From Myxococcota bacterium (GTDB lineage Bacteria > Myxococcota_A > UBA9042 > PHBI01 > JAWLBL01), in contig JAWLBL010000007.1 of assembly GCA_041687695.1 (NCBI GenBank), positions 128,001 through 192,000 on the forward strand: a stretch of DNA of 64,000 nt. Reading direction: 5' to 3'. Position 1 is the stretch's first letter; every line of letters starts with the position of its first letter. Below the pieces are notes generated by a model that was not told where the DNA came from, made no database searches, and was given only the letters and a program-made list of their open reading frames with translations. A program made the position numbers and the translations under genes. Positions 46,548 to 55,669 of this stretch are shown in pieces.

Positions 46548-47600
46548 TCAGCCGCGCCTGCGCCAGCCGAACAGCCGCGCGAGCAGCCCCGGCGTCGCGG
46601 GCGGCACCCGCCCGGGCAGCGGCGGTGGCGGCGCCCCCAGCGCGCGCAGCGCCTCGGCCATGGCCCTGGCGGTCGGGTAGCGCTCGCCCGGCGCCTTGGC
46701 GGTCGCCCGCTCGGCGATGGCGCGCAGCGGGTGGCGCTGGAGCGGCCGCGGCCACGCGGGCAGCGGCTCGCGGAAGTGGCCCTTGACGATGGCGGGCAGA
46801 TCGCCGCGGAAGGGCACCCGCCCGGTCAGCAGCTCGTGCAGCAGGACGCCGACCGAGTACACGTCGGAGCGGGCGTCGACCGGCAGGGCCTGCAGCTGCT
46901 CGGGGCTCATGTAGAAGGGGGTGCCGCCGGTGGTGCCCTCGACCGTCAGCTCCGAGACCTCGCGCGTCTCGGTCGGCTGCACCTTGGCGTAGCCGAAGTC
47001 GCACAGGCGCACGGTCAGCCCGGAGAGGTCGCGCCAGACCTCGTTGGTCGGGGGCGGGACGCCCAGGCGCCGCGCGACCTCGCCCGCGTCGGCCGGCGGG
47101 ACCAGGGCCTCGGCCGGCGCCTCGACGAGGACGTTGCCCGGCTTGACGTCGCGGTGGACGATGGCCCGCGCGTGGGCGGCCTCGAGGCCGTCGAGGACCT
47201 GCACCAGCAGCGCGGCGGCCTCGCTGGGGCTCAGCGGGCCGCGGGCGTCGAGCAGCGCCTCGAGGGACAGGCCGCGCACCAGATCGAAGACCAGGTAGGG
47301 CACGTCCGGGCGCCCGTCGAACGTGGTCTCGCCGTAGGCCCGCAGCGGGACGACGTTCGGGTGGGCGACCTCGACGCAGGCCTGGGCTTCGCGCCGCAGG
47401 CGCTTTCTGAACTCGGCCATGGCGGCCGCCGACGGCAGCAGCACCTTGAGCGCCAGGCGCTCGTCGGTCTCGAGGTCTCGGGCGCGCCAGACGCCGCCGA
47501 AGGCGCCCTCGCCGATGGCCGCCTCGAGCGCGTAGCGGCCGTCGACGATCACCTCGTCGCCCGCTCCCGACGCCGCCCGAACCGCCCGTGACCGCTCCAT
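46548..47600 (-). CDS. Cytoplasmic Hanks-type Ser/Thr protein kinase with catalytic-core insertion
   Basis: GEGAFG, LALK, HRDVKPGN, DFG, YMSPEQ, DVYSVG; no TM segment. Confidence 0.9.
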   Translation of the reverse strand: MERSRAVRAASGAGDEVIVDGRYALEAAIGEGAFGGVWRARDLETDERLALKVLLPSAAAMAEFRKRLRREAQACVEVAHPNVVPLRAYGETTFDGRPDVPYLVFDLVRGLSLEALLDARGPLSPSEAAALLVQVLDGLEAAHARAIVHRDVKPGNVLVEAPAEALVPPADAGEVARRLGVPPPTNEVWRDLSGLTVRLCDFGYAKVQPTETREVSELTVEGTTGGTPFYMSPEQLQALPVDARSDVYSVGVLLHELLTGRVPFRGDLPAIVKGHFREPLPAWPRPLQRHPLRAIAERATAKAPGERYPTARAMAEALRALGAPPPPLPGRVPPATPGLLARLFGWRRRG

Positions 47601-47664
47601 CGTCCCCTCCTCACGCCGAGGCTAACACGACCGCCCGCGGCCCAGCAGCGGCAATCGTGGGGCC

Positions 47665-48480
47665 TCACCACAGGTGCTCGACCCGCCACAGCAGGGCCTG
47701 GACCTGCTCGGGCGTCTTCGCCGCGCACAGCTCCGGCGCCAGATCGTGCGTCGCCAGGCGGGCGATGCGGGCCAGCGCCTCGAGGTGATCGGGGCCGGCC
47801 TCGGCGTCGACCAGCACCACGGCGACCCGGACGGGGCGGTCGTCGGGCGTCACCAGCGGCAGGGGCTCGGCGAGGGTGACCAGCACCGCGGCGTCGGTGA
47901 CGCCGGGCTGGGTGGCGTGCGGGACGACGAAGCCCGAGCCGACGAAGGTCGTCGCCTCGCGCTCGCGGGCCTGGAGCTGGCGGACGAGGGCGTCGCGATC
48001 GACCCCGGTGCCGTCGGGCCAGCGCTCGGCGGCGAGGTGGATGAGCTCGTCCATGTCGCGGCAGCGGGCGCCGAGGACCATGTGGGCGGGCGGCAGCAGC
48101 TCGAGCAGGCGGCGGCCGCGAGGGCGCGCGGTGTCGTCCGGCGCGGGGAGCTCGGCGTCGATGAAGGCCTTGATGCGCGCGATCTGGACCGCGTTGAGGT
48201 CGCGGCGGGCGATGTCGAGGAAGAGCGCGCCGGCCGCGGGGACCCGCTCGACGTAGCCGGTCACGGCGGGGCCGGTCTGGCGCGCCAGCTCGATGATGAT
48301 GCGCCGGGGCAGGCCGAGGGCGTCGGCGATGGAGGCCAGCCGATCCGGCGTGGGAGAGGCGTCGCGGCCGGTCTCGATGCGGCTCAGGTAGGCGCTCGAG
48401 ACCCCCACGCGCGCGGCGAGCTCGCGCAGGCTCAGGCCGGCCTCGGCGCGGAGCAGCTTGAGGGTCGATCCGAAGTGCAT
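47665..48480 (-). CDS. XRE HTH regulator fused to a PTS EIIA (PtsN/fructose-type) domain
   Basis: FGSTLKLLR...LSLRELA...SAYLSRIETG; REREATTFVGSGFVVPHA; HLEALARIARL; AGGAGG RBS. Confidence 0.88.
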   Translation of the reverse strand: MHFGSTLKLLRAEAGLSLRELAARVGVSSAYLSRIETGRDASPTPDRLASIADALGLPRRIIIELARQTGPAVTGYVERVPAAGALFLDIARRDLNAVQIARIKAFIDAELPAPDDTARPRGRRLLELLPPAHMVLGARCRDMDELIHLAAERWPDGTGVDRDALVRQLQAREREATTFVGSGFVVPHATQPGVTDAAVLVTLAEPLPLVTPDDRPVRVAVVLVDAEAGPDHLEALARIARLATHDLAPELCAAKTPEQVQALLWRVEHLW

Positions 48481-48503
48481 GGGGCCTCCTGTCTGACAAG
48501 TGG

Positions 48504-48517
48504 TAAGTGAACACTTA
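48504..48517. promoter_or_regulatory. Palindromic operator candidate upstream of the HTH-EIIA gene
   Basis: TAAGTG-AA-CACTTA perfect inverted repeat in an AT-rich patch 24 bp before the ATG. Confidence 0.55.
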
Positions 48518-48578
48518 GCGCCGTGGGGGCCTTCCCCCAAGGCGGCGGTCTGGAACGCCACGGTTCGGGGGTGTTGCC

Positions 48579-48710
48579 GGTCGCCGGGGCCGTGGCCGGG
48601 GCCGTGGCCGAGAGCGTGGCCGTGGCCGTGGCCGGGACCGTGGCCGAGAGCGTGGCCGTGGCCGAGAGCGTGGCCGTGGCCGTTGGTCGTGGCCGAGAGC
48701 GTGGCCGTGG
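48579..48710. repeat. Degenerate hexamer tandem repeat (GTGGCC interspersed with GAGAGC/GGGGCC)
   Basis: About 22 units of 6 bp between two divergent genes. Confidence 0.8.
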
Positions 48711-48766
48711 AGGGGCCCTGGGACCGGGGCGTTTCCGGCCGCCGGGTCGGGCGCTACAGTCGCGGC

Positions 48767-49264
48767 ATGCATCCACTCATCGCGCAGTATCGCGACGCCG
48801 TCGCCGCGCCCCAGGTCTCCGCCGAGGCGCAGCTGGAGACGCTGCGGACGCGCGACCGGCTGGCGCGGCTCGAGGAGGGCTTGAGCGCCGATGAGCGGGT
48901 GGCCCTGGCGGAGGCCGACGTCGCGCTGGTGAGGGCGGCCCGGACGGTGGTGGCGCGGCTCGAGGGGCTGGCGCCTCTGTCGCGGCTGCGCCCCGAGGGG
49001 GTCGAGCCCCGGCGCTGGTGGTGGTGGCTGGACGTCGTGGCGCACACGCCGCTGGCGGCCGTCGAGTCGGGCCGCGCGCCCGCCCGACCCCCGCGGGGCA
49101 GGCGCGCGTCGGGCCCCGGCGAGGTGCGTCCTTCGCCGCGGTACTTCTCGATCGAGCGCTCGTTCCACGTGGGGGCCACGGGCGAACGGCGGCCGCGGCG
49201 GTGGCGCATCAGGGATGCGCGGAGCCGGTCGCCGGGGGCTCCGGGGGCGCCTCGTCGAGGGTGA
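48767..49264 (+). CDS. Hypothetical protein with RRWWWWLD motif
   Basis: MHPLIAQYRDAV... helical N-part; 3' end overlaps the convergent antiporter gene by 56 bp. Confidence 0.55.
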   Translation: MHPLIAQYRDAVAAPQVSAEAQLETLRTRDRLARLEEGLSADERVALAEADVALVRAARTVVARLEGLAPLSRLRPEGVEPRRWWWWLDVVAHTPLAAVESGRAPARPPRGRRASGPGEVRPSPRYFSIERSFHVGATGERRPRRWRIRDARSRSPGAPGAPRRG

Positions 49265-51005
49265 CCTCCGGCTCGGAGGGCGGGTCCGGAGGCCTCGGCA
49301 GAAGGCGCAGGCGCTTGACGCGGCCGTCGCGCAGCTCGGTGACCTCGAGGGTGTAGCGCGGGGTCTGTAGGCGCGTCCCGACGTCCAGCGGGGCGTCGGA
49401 CAGGGCGTGGCGCAGCCAGCCGTCGAGGGTGTCCTCGCACGAGGGGGGCAGCTCCGGGCACAGGTCGAGGCCGTACAGCTCGGCGAGGTCCGAGAGGATC
49501 GCGCCGCCCTGGAGCTCGACGCCGTGCTCGGGGACGCCGGGGGTGCCGCGGCCCGAGAAGAGGCGGTCGACCAGCGGGCGGAGCTCGGGTCGGACGACGA
49601 CGAAGAGGTGGTCGTCGGCCTGAAGGCGCGTGCTGCCGCGCGGCGGGATGAGCCGCTGGCCGCGGGTGACGAGCGCGACGAGGGCCCCGTCGGGGAGGTT
49701 GAGGTCGCGCACGGCGCGGCCGACGAGGCGGGTGTTCGGGTCGACGCCGTAGTCGATGATGTCGCCCTCGACGTGCTTGAGCGACGAGATCTCGAGCGAG
49801 ATGGGTGGGGCGACGCGCTTGGGGCCGAGCAGGCGCAGCTTGCGGGCCAGCCAGCCCAGGGTCGAGCCCTGCAGGATGGCCGAGACGAGGACGACGAAGA
49901 AGATGATGTCGAACAGGCGGTGGCCGCCGGGCAGGCCGAGCAGCAGCGGGAAGGTGGCCAGCAGGACGGGGACGGCGCCCTTGAGGCCAGCCCAGGAGAT
50001 GAAGACGAGCTCGCGGGCCGAAAAACCGAAGGGGGCGGTCAGGCCGAAGACGGCGAGCGGGCGGGCGAGCAGGATGAGGCCGGCGGCGACCAGCAGGCCC
50101 TCGGGGGCGGCGTCCATGAGGCGCGAGGGGAAGCTGAGCAGGCCGAGCACGACGAACATGGCGATCTGGCCGAGCCAGGCCATGCCGTCGTGGAAGAGGA
50201 AGATGCCGCGGCGGAAGACGAGGGTGGGGCTGTTGCCGACGACGATGCCGGCCAGGTAGATGGCGAGGAAGCCGCTGCCGCCGAGGGCCGCGGCGAGGCC
50301 GAAGGCGAACAGGCCGGTGGCGGCCGTCAGGACGGGGTAGAGGCCGGCGGAGTCGAGGCTGATGCGGTTGATGAGCAGGGTCGCGCCCTTGCCGACCGCG
50401 AGGCCGACGGCGGTGCCGACGCCCATCTGCATGAAGAAGAGCCCGAGCAGGCCGACGCCGAGGTCGGATTGGCCGAGCAGGACCTCGATGAGCCCGATGG
50501 TGAGGAAGATGGCCATCGGATCGTTGGACCCGCTCTCGACCTCGAGCGTGCGGGTCAGGCGCTCGTCCAGGTTCATCCCCTGGCCGCGGAGGACGGCGAA
50601 GACGGCCGCGGCGTCCGTGGAGCCGACGATGGCGCCGAGCAGGAGGCCCTCGAGGACCGGGAGGCCGAGCAGCCAGGCGGCGAGCAGGCCGGTGGCGAGC
50701 GTCGTGACGAGCACGCCGACCGTCGCGAGCAGGGCCGCGGGCCTCCAGACGAGGCGGAAGGCCGAGTAGCTGGTCCCGAGGCCACCGTCGAAGAGGATGA
50801 TGGCGAGGCCGACGGTGCCGACGGCGTGGGCGAGCGCGTAGTTCTCGAACTCGATGCCGCCGACGCCCTCGGAGCCGGCGAGCATCCCGACGCCGATGAA
50901 CAGGACCAGCACGGGCATGCCGAGCCGGGACGCGAAGCGGCTGAAGGCGATCGCGAACAGGGTCAGGACGCTGGCGAGCAGGATGAGGTTGTCGATGAGG
51001 AACAA
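49209..51005 (-). CDS. cvrA: K+/H+ antiporter, CvrA/NhaP2 type (CPA1 + TrkA-C + CorC-like tail)
   Basis: ILFDGGL, GSTDAAAVF, LEVESGSNDPMA, GGSGFLAIY, SWAGLKGAVP. Confidence 0.92.
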   Translation of the reverse strand: MFLIDNLILLASVLTLFAIAFSRFASRLGMPVLVLFIGVGMLAGSEGVGGIEFENYALAHAVGTVGLAIILFDGGLGTSYSAFRLVWRPAALLATVGVLVTTLATGLLAAWLLGLPVLEGLLLGAIVGSTDAAAVFAVLRGQGMNLDERLTRTLEVESGSNDPMAIFLTIGLIEVLLGQSDLGVGLLGLFFMQMGVGTAVGLAVGKGATLLINRISLDSAGLYPVLTAATGLFAFGLAAALGGSGFLAIYLAGIVVGNSPTLVFRRGIFLFHDGMAWLGQIAMFVVLGLLSFPSRLMDAAPEGLLVAAGLILLARPLAVFGLTAPFGFSARELVFISWAGLKGAVPVLLATFPLLLGLPGGHRLFDIIFFVVLVSAILQGSTLGWLARKLRLLGPKRVAPPISLEISSLKHVEGDIIDYGVDPNTRLVGRAVRDLNLPDGALVALVTRGQRLIPPRGSTRLQADDHLFVVVRPELRPLVDRLFSGRGTPGVPEHGVELQGGAILSDLAELYGLDLCPELPPSCEDTLDGWLRHALSDAPLDVGTRLQTPRYTLEVTELRDGRVKRLRLLPRPPDPPSEPEVTLDEAPPEPPATGSAHP

Positions 51006-51097
51006 GGGACGGGGCTCGTCGGCGGCGAGGTGAGGCTAGAGGCGAGCCATGGTGCACCAGGCGCGGCGGCCCGTCGCCGAAATGCGGCGATCGGACC

Positions 51098-52816
51098 CTA
51101 GCATGAAACGCTGGCGCGGGGCGTGGGCTCGGAGCGGCCGGGGACGAGGGGCTCGAAGAGGAGGGCGAGGCCAATGACGCCGGCGCAGCCGATGACGTTG
51201 AACCAGAGATAGCCGATGTCGGTCGTGGCGTAGAGCGCGAGCACGCTCGCCTGGGAGGCGACGGCGGCGAGGAAGACGGCGTGGCCGCGGACGTGCTTGA
51301 TGAAGAAGGCGACCAGGAACAGGCCGAGCACGGTGCCGTAGAAGAGCGAGCCCAGGATGTTGACGGCCTGGATGAGGTTGTCGAGGAGGCTCGCGAAGCT
51401 GGCGAAGGCGAGGGCGACCAGGCCCCAGAACACGGTGAAGAGCTTGGAGGCGACGAGGATGTGGCGGTCGGAGGCGTCGCGGCGGAAGACGCGGCGGTAG
51501 AAGTCGCTGGTGGTGGTGGCGCCGAGGGCGTTGAGCTCGCTGGCGGTCGAGCTCATGGCGGCCGAGAGGATGACGGCGATGAGCAGGCCGACGAGGCCGG
51601 CGGGGAGCCAGTCGGTCACGAAGGAGATGAAGATGTAGTCGGAGTCCTTGGTCTCGGCCCCGGGGATGGCCTTGGCGATGACGCCCTTGGCCTGGGCGCG
51701 CAGGGCGTCGGTCTGGCCGGCGGAGGCGACGAGCGCGGCGCGGGCGGTCTCGAGGGCGGCCTCGTCGCCGGTCTGTCGCGCGGCGAGGAAGGCGTCGACG
51801 TGGGCGCGCTTCTGGGTCTGCGCGGCGTCCCAGGCCGACTCGAGGGCGGTCAGCTCGCCGGCGTGGGCGGTCTGGTGGACGCGGTCGACCAGCGGCTGGT
51901 TGAAGACCATCGGGGGCGTCGTGAACTGGTAGAAGACGAAGACCAGGACCCCGATGAGCAGGATGACGAACTGCATCGGGATCTTCAGGACGCCGTTGAA
52001 GAGCAGGCCGAGGCGGCTCTCGGTGATGGAGCGGCCCGTGAGGTAGCGGCCGACCTGGGACTGGTCGGTGCCGAAGTAGGACAGGGCGAGGAAGAGGCCG
52101 CCGGTGATGCCCGACCAGAAGTTGTAGCGGTCGTCGAGGTCGAACTCGAAGTTGACCACGTTCATGCGGCCGAGGGCGCCGGCGACGTCCAGGGCGCCGC
52201 CGAAGGAGACGTGGTCGGGCAGGTGGAAGACGATGACGAAGGCGGCGACGACCATGCCGCCCATCATGACGACCATCTGCTGCTTCTGGGTCTGGGCGAC
52301 GGCCCTGGAGCCGCCCGTCACCGTGTAGAGGATGACGATGACGCCGATGGCGAAGATGGTCGGCTCGAGGGGCCAGCCGAGGACGGCCGACAGGATGATG
52401 GCGGGCGCGTAGATGGTGATGCCGGCGGCGAGCCCGCGCTGGATGAGGAACAGGAACGCCCCGAGCAGGCGGGTCTTCATGTCGAAGCGGCTCTCGAGGT
52501 ACTCGTAGGCCGTCGTGACGCGCAGGCGGTAGTAGATGGGGACGATGAAGGCGCTGATGATGACCATCGCGATGGGCAGCCCGAAGTAGAACTGCACGAA
52601 GCGCATGCCGTCTTCGTAGGCCTGCCCCGGGACCGACAGGAAGGTGATGGCGCTGGCCTGCGTCGCCATGACCGACAGGCCGATGGTCGTCCACGGCAGG
52701 TCGTAGTTGCCGCGCAGGTAGCTCTCGGCGGTCGCGGCGCCGCGCGTCTTCCAGATGCCCAGCGCGACGATGGTCGCGATGGTGCCGACGAGGACGGTCC
52801 AGTCGAGCCCGGTCAC
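51098..52816 (-). CDS. Sodium:solute symporter (SSS/SLC5 family)
   Basis: GLSVMATQASAITF, TAYEYLESRF, YFGTDQSQVGRYL, SAAMSS; about 13 TM segments; GTG overlaps the upstream stop. Confidence 0.93.
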   Translation of the reverse strand: MTGLDWTVLVGTIATIVALGIWKTRGAATAESYLRGNYDLPWTTIGLSVMATQASAITFLSVPGQAYEDGMRFVQFYFGLPIAMVIISAFIVPIYYRLRVTTAYEYLESRFDMKTRLLGAFLFLIQRGLAAGITIYAPAIILSAVLGWPLEPTIFAIGVIVILYTVTGGSRAVAQTQKQQMVVMMGGMVVAAFVIVFHLPDHVSFGGALDVAGALGRMNVVNFEFDLDDRYNFWSGITGGLFLALSYFGTDQSQVGRYLTGRSITESRLGLLFNGVLKIPMQFVILLIGVLVFVFYQFTTPPMVFNQPLVDRVHQTAHAGELTALESAWDAAQTQKRAHVDAFLAARQTGDEAALETARAALVASAGQTDALRAQAKGVIAKAIPGAETKDSDYIFISFVTDWLPAGLVGLLIAVILSAAMSSTASELNALGATTTSDFYRRVFRRDASDRHILVASKLFTVFWGLVALAFASFASLLDNLIQAVNILGSLFYGTVLGLFLVAFFIKHVRGHAVFLAAVASQASVLALYATTDIGYLWFNVIGCAGVIGLALLFEPLVPGRSEPTPRASVSC

Positions 52817-52977
52817 GAATAGGCCTCGGTCATCAGCCAGAACAGGACGACCAGGGCGGCGAGCGTGCCGAGGACGACCAGGTAGATGTTGCGCCAGCTG
52901 CCGAGCAGCGGCGGGGCGTCCTCGAGCTCGGGGCGGGGCTCGGGCGGCGGGGCGTCGGGCTGGGGCAGCGTGCTCAT
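52813..52977 (-). CDS. 54-aa single-TM protein, probable symporter accessory subunit
   Basis: MSTLPQPDAPP...GSWRNIYLVVLGTLAALVVLFWLMTEAYS; overlaps both neighbours by 4 bp. Confidence 0.75.
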   Translation of the reverse strand: MSTLPQPDAPPPEPRPELEDAPPLLGSWRNIYLVVLGTLAALVVLFWLMTEAYS

Positions 52978-55478
52978 TGGCTCAGCAGGTTGGCGAGGAG
53001 GCGGTAGGCCCCCGGGACGCCGGCGGGGAGCTGCCTGAAGAACGACAGCCCGGTGTAGACGAAGGTGCCCTTGCCGTGGCGCGCGACGAGCAGGGCGCCG
53101 CGCGACGGCTCGTCCCCCGCGTCCTGCAGCTCGAACACGGGCCGGTACCGCGCATCCCAGGTGGTCGCGAAGTACAGGCCGCGCTCCTGCACCCAGCCGT
53201 CGAAGTCCGCCGGGCCCAGCGCGTTGGGACCGGCGAGCAGCCCGTCCTTGGGATCCACGGGCGTCATGGCGGCGGCCTCGTCGGTCACGCGGTCGCGTCC
53301 GATCTCGATGGGCCAGGGCCCGAGCGGCGCCTTCAGCGGAGCGATGTGGTTGTTGGTCATGTACTGCACGACCAGGCGTCCGCCCTGCTCGACGTACTTC
53401 ATCAGGCGCTCGTGGTGCGAGGCGAGGCGCGGGTTGGTGTTGTAGGCGCGGACGCCCACCAGGATGGCGTCGAAGCGCTCGAGCGGCTCCTTGGCGAGGC
53501 GCTCGTCGGGCAGCAGCGTGACCTCGAAGCCGACCGCGGCGAGGTCCTCGGCGACCGTGTCGCCCGGGCCCGGGATGTAGCCGATGCGGCGGCTGCGCGT
53601 CTCGAGCTGCAAGGGCACCAGATCCGCCTGCGCCGCCTTGCGGACCGTCAGCGGCGGGATGTGGTCGTAGGCGATGCCACGCATGGCCCAGGAGTCCTTG
53701 CGGCCGTTCAGCTCGACCACGGCGCGCACCGACGCCCGCTCGGAGGCCCCCTTGGGGGGCGTCACGCGGAAGGCGACGCTCGCCTCCGCGCCCTTGCTGG
53801 CCAGCTCGAAGGGGCGCTCGGCCGGCTCGGCGCGCCATCCGTCGGGCAGCTCGAGCCGGACGACCCCCTCCGCCGCGTCGCGGCCGGCCGCCAGCGTGAC
53901 GCTGACGTCGCGCGTCTGTCCGTTCGGGAACATCACCACCGGGCGGTCCAGGTTGGCCGTGACGGCCGGGACGATCTCGAGGTCGCGGTACAGCTCGCCG
54001 CGCACCGGGTCGACCCAGGCGTACACGACCGGACGCGTCGTCACGAAGCGCTCGCCGCCCACCTCCCAGGTGAAGGCGACGGCCAGCGCCGGATCGCCCG
54101 ACGGCCGGCCGACCAGCGCGCGATCGGCCACCGAGAACAGGCCGCCCTGCTGCGGGTCCCTCAGCCAGTAAGGCGTCGAGACCGGCGCCTCGGCCGGCAC
54201 CGCGACGGTCGGGCTCTGCCCCACCGGCACGTTGTGGCCCAGCGCGGCGTTCACCTCGAGCACGTCGCCGCCGGGAAGGGTGACGCTGACGAGGCGGAGC
54301 GCGGCCGGCGAGCGGTTCAGGGCCGACACGCGCAGCTGCACGGACCCGCCAGGGACGGCCGCCGGCTCGGCCGCGCGCGCCTCGAGGTGCAGGCCCGCGC
54401 ACGCCGCGATGAGGGCCTCGGTGTCGGCCAGCTTGGACGCCTTGAACGGGTTGTCGTCCGGCAGCGCCCTCAGCGCGGCGCGCACCTTCAGCAGCGCCGG
54501 GATGCTGGCGTGCGGCGCTTTGGCGTCGAAGCCGTCCCAGGCGGCCTTGGTCGCCTTCGCCACGGCGGCGGCGGCGCGCGCGTGCTTCGGCTCGCCCTTG
54601 GCGAAGCGTCCCCACGACAGGTCCAGGCCCTCGAAAGGCTCGGCCTTGGGGCGGGTCCCCGCGACGGGCGAGAAGTACTCGTGGCTGGTGCCGCGCTGCG
54701 CGGCGACGCCGAAGCCCTGGCTCTTGTGCTGGCTGCGGCTGTCGGCGGCGATCTCGCCCCACGAGCGGCCGACCAGCGGGTCGTAGCCCCCGACGTCCAC
54801 CTTCAGGTAGCCCGACATGTCGGCGTCGGGCCCCAGGCGCCAGGTCGAAACGTTGTACAGCAGGCGATCGACCTTCCAGGTTCCGTACCGGGCCACCTGC
54901 TCGGGGAAGCGGCTAGGATCGGCGGCGGCCTCGAAGGCCTCGCGCGCCAGGATGGCCGACGCCGTGTGGTGGCCGTGGTTGGGCGGGCGCTCGTTGAAGC
55001 GCGTCAGGATGACGTCCGGCTTGAAGCGGCGGATCGCCAGGACCACGTCCTCGAGCACGGCCTCGTGGCCCCAGATCTGCAGCGACTCCTGCGCGCTCTT
55101 GGAGTAGCCGAAGTCGCGCGCCCGCGTGAACAGCTGCTCGGCCCCGTCGATGCGGCGCGCGGCGAGCAGCTCGTGCGTGCGGATGAGCCCCAGCAGCTCG
55201 CTCTGCTCGGTCCCGATGAGGTTCTGGCCGCCGTCGCCCCGCGTCAGCGAGAGGTATCCAGCGCGCACCCGTTTTTCGCCCACCAGCCACGCGAGCAGCC
55301 GCGTGTTCTCGTCGTCCGGGTGCGCCGCCACGTACAGGACGTTGCCGACCACGCCCAGCTTGCGCAGCCCCTGGGCGATTTCGCCCGCGTGCATCGGGCG
55401 CTGGGCCTGCGCGGAGGCCGGCGAGGCGGTGGCGATCATGATGGAGAGAGCCAATCCAAGCAGGGTCGTCGTTCGCAT
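52974..55478 (-). CDS. Secreted PIG-L/LmbE-family deacetylase with Ig-like and class I GATase-like C-terminal domains
   Basis: Signal peptide ending ASAQA; AAHPDDE, TRGDGGQN, DFGYSK, HGHH; C-terminal IGYIPGPGD...GGRLVVQY. Confidence 0.88.
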   Translation of the reverse strand: MRTTTLLGLALSIMIATASPASAQAQRPMHAGEIAQGLRKLGVVGNVLYVAAHPDDENTRLLAWLVGEKRVRAGYLSLTRGDGGQNLIGTEQSELLGLIRTHELLAARRIDGAEQLFTRARDFGYSKSAQESLQIWGHEAVLEDVVLAIRRFKPDVILTRFNERPPNHGHHTASAILAREAFEAAADPSRFPEQVARYGTWKVDRLLYNVSTWRLGPDADMSGYLKVDVGGYDPLVGRSWGEIAADSRSQHKSQGFGVAAQRGTSHEYFSPVAGTRPKAEPFEGLDLSWGRFAKGEPKHARAAAAVAKATKAAWDGFDAKAPHASIPALLKVRAALRALPDDNPFKASKLADTEALIAACAGLHLEARAAEPAAVPGGSVQLRVSALNRSPAALRLVSVTLPGGDVLEVNAALGHNVPVGQSPTVAVPAEAPVSTPYWLRDPQQGGLFSVADRALVGRPSGDPALAVAFTWEVGGERFVTTRPVVYAWVDPVRGELYRDLEIVPAVTANLDRPVVMFPNGQTRDVSVTLAAGRDAAEGVVRLELPDGWRAEPAERPFELASKGAEASVAFRVTPPKGASERASVRAVVELNGRKDSWAMRGIAYDHIPPLTVRKAAQADLVPLQLETRSRRIGYIPGPGDTVAEDLAAVGFEVTLLPDERLAKEPLERFDAILVGVRAYNTNPRLASHHERLMKYVEQGGRLVVQYMTNNHIAPLKAPLGPWPIEIGRDRVTDEAAAMTPVDPKDGLLAGPNALGPADFDGWVQERGLYFATTWDARYRPVFELQDAGDEPSRGALLVARHGKGTFVYTGLSFFRQLPAGVPGAYRLLANLLSQ

Positions 55479-55669
55479 CGGGGCGGACCTTAACAGAACG
55501 ATTGGGCAGGTGGGACCTTTGGCGCACCCCTCGGTGGAGGGCCGCCGGACCCCCACCAACGCGCGGTCCCTCCCGCGGGTTCACCGGGACCGGGTTTTCC
55601 GTGGTCGTGTCCTGAGGCCTTCACCCAACGTGGACCCGCCCCTTCGCTTACTGCTATGAGTCCGCGGCG

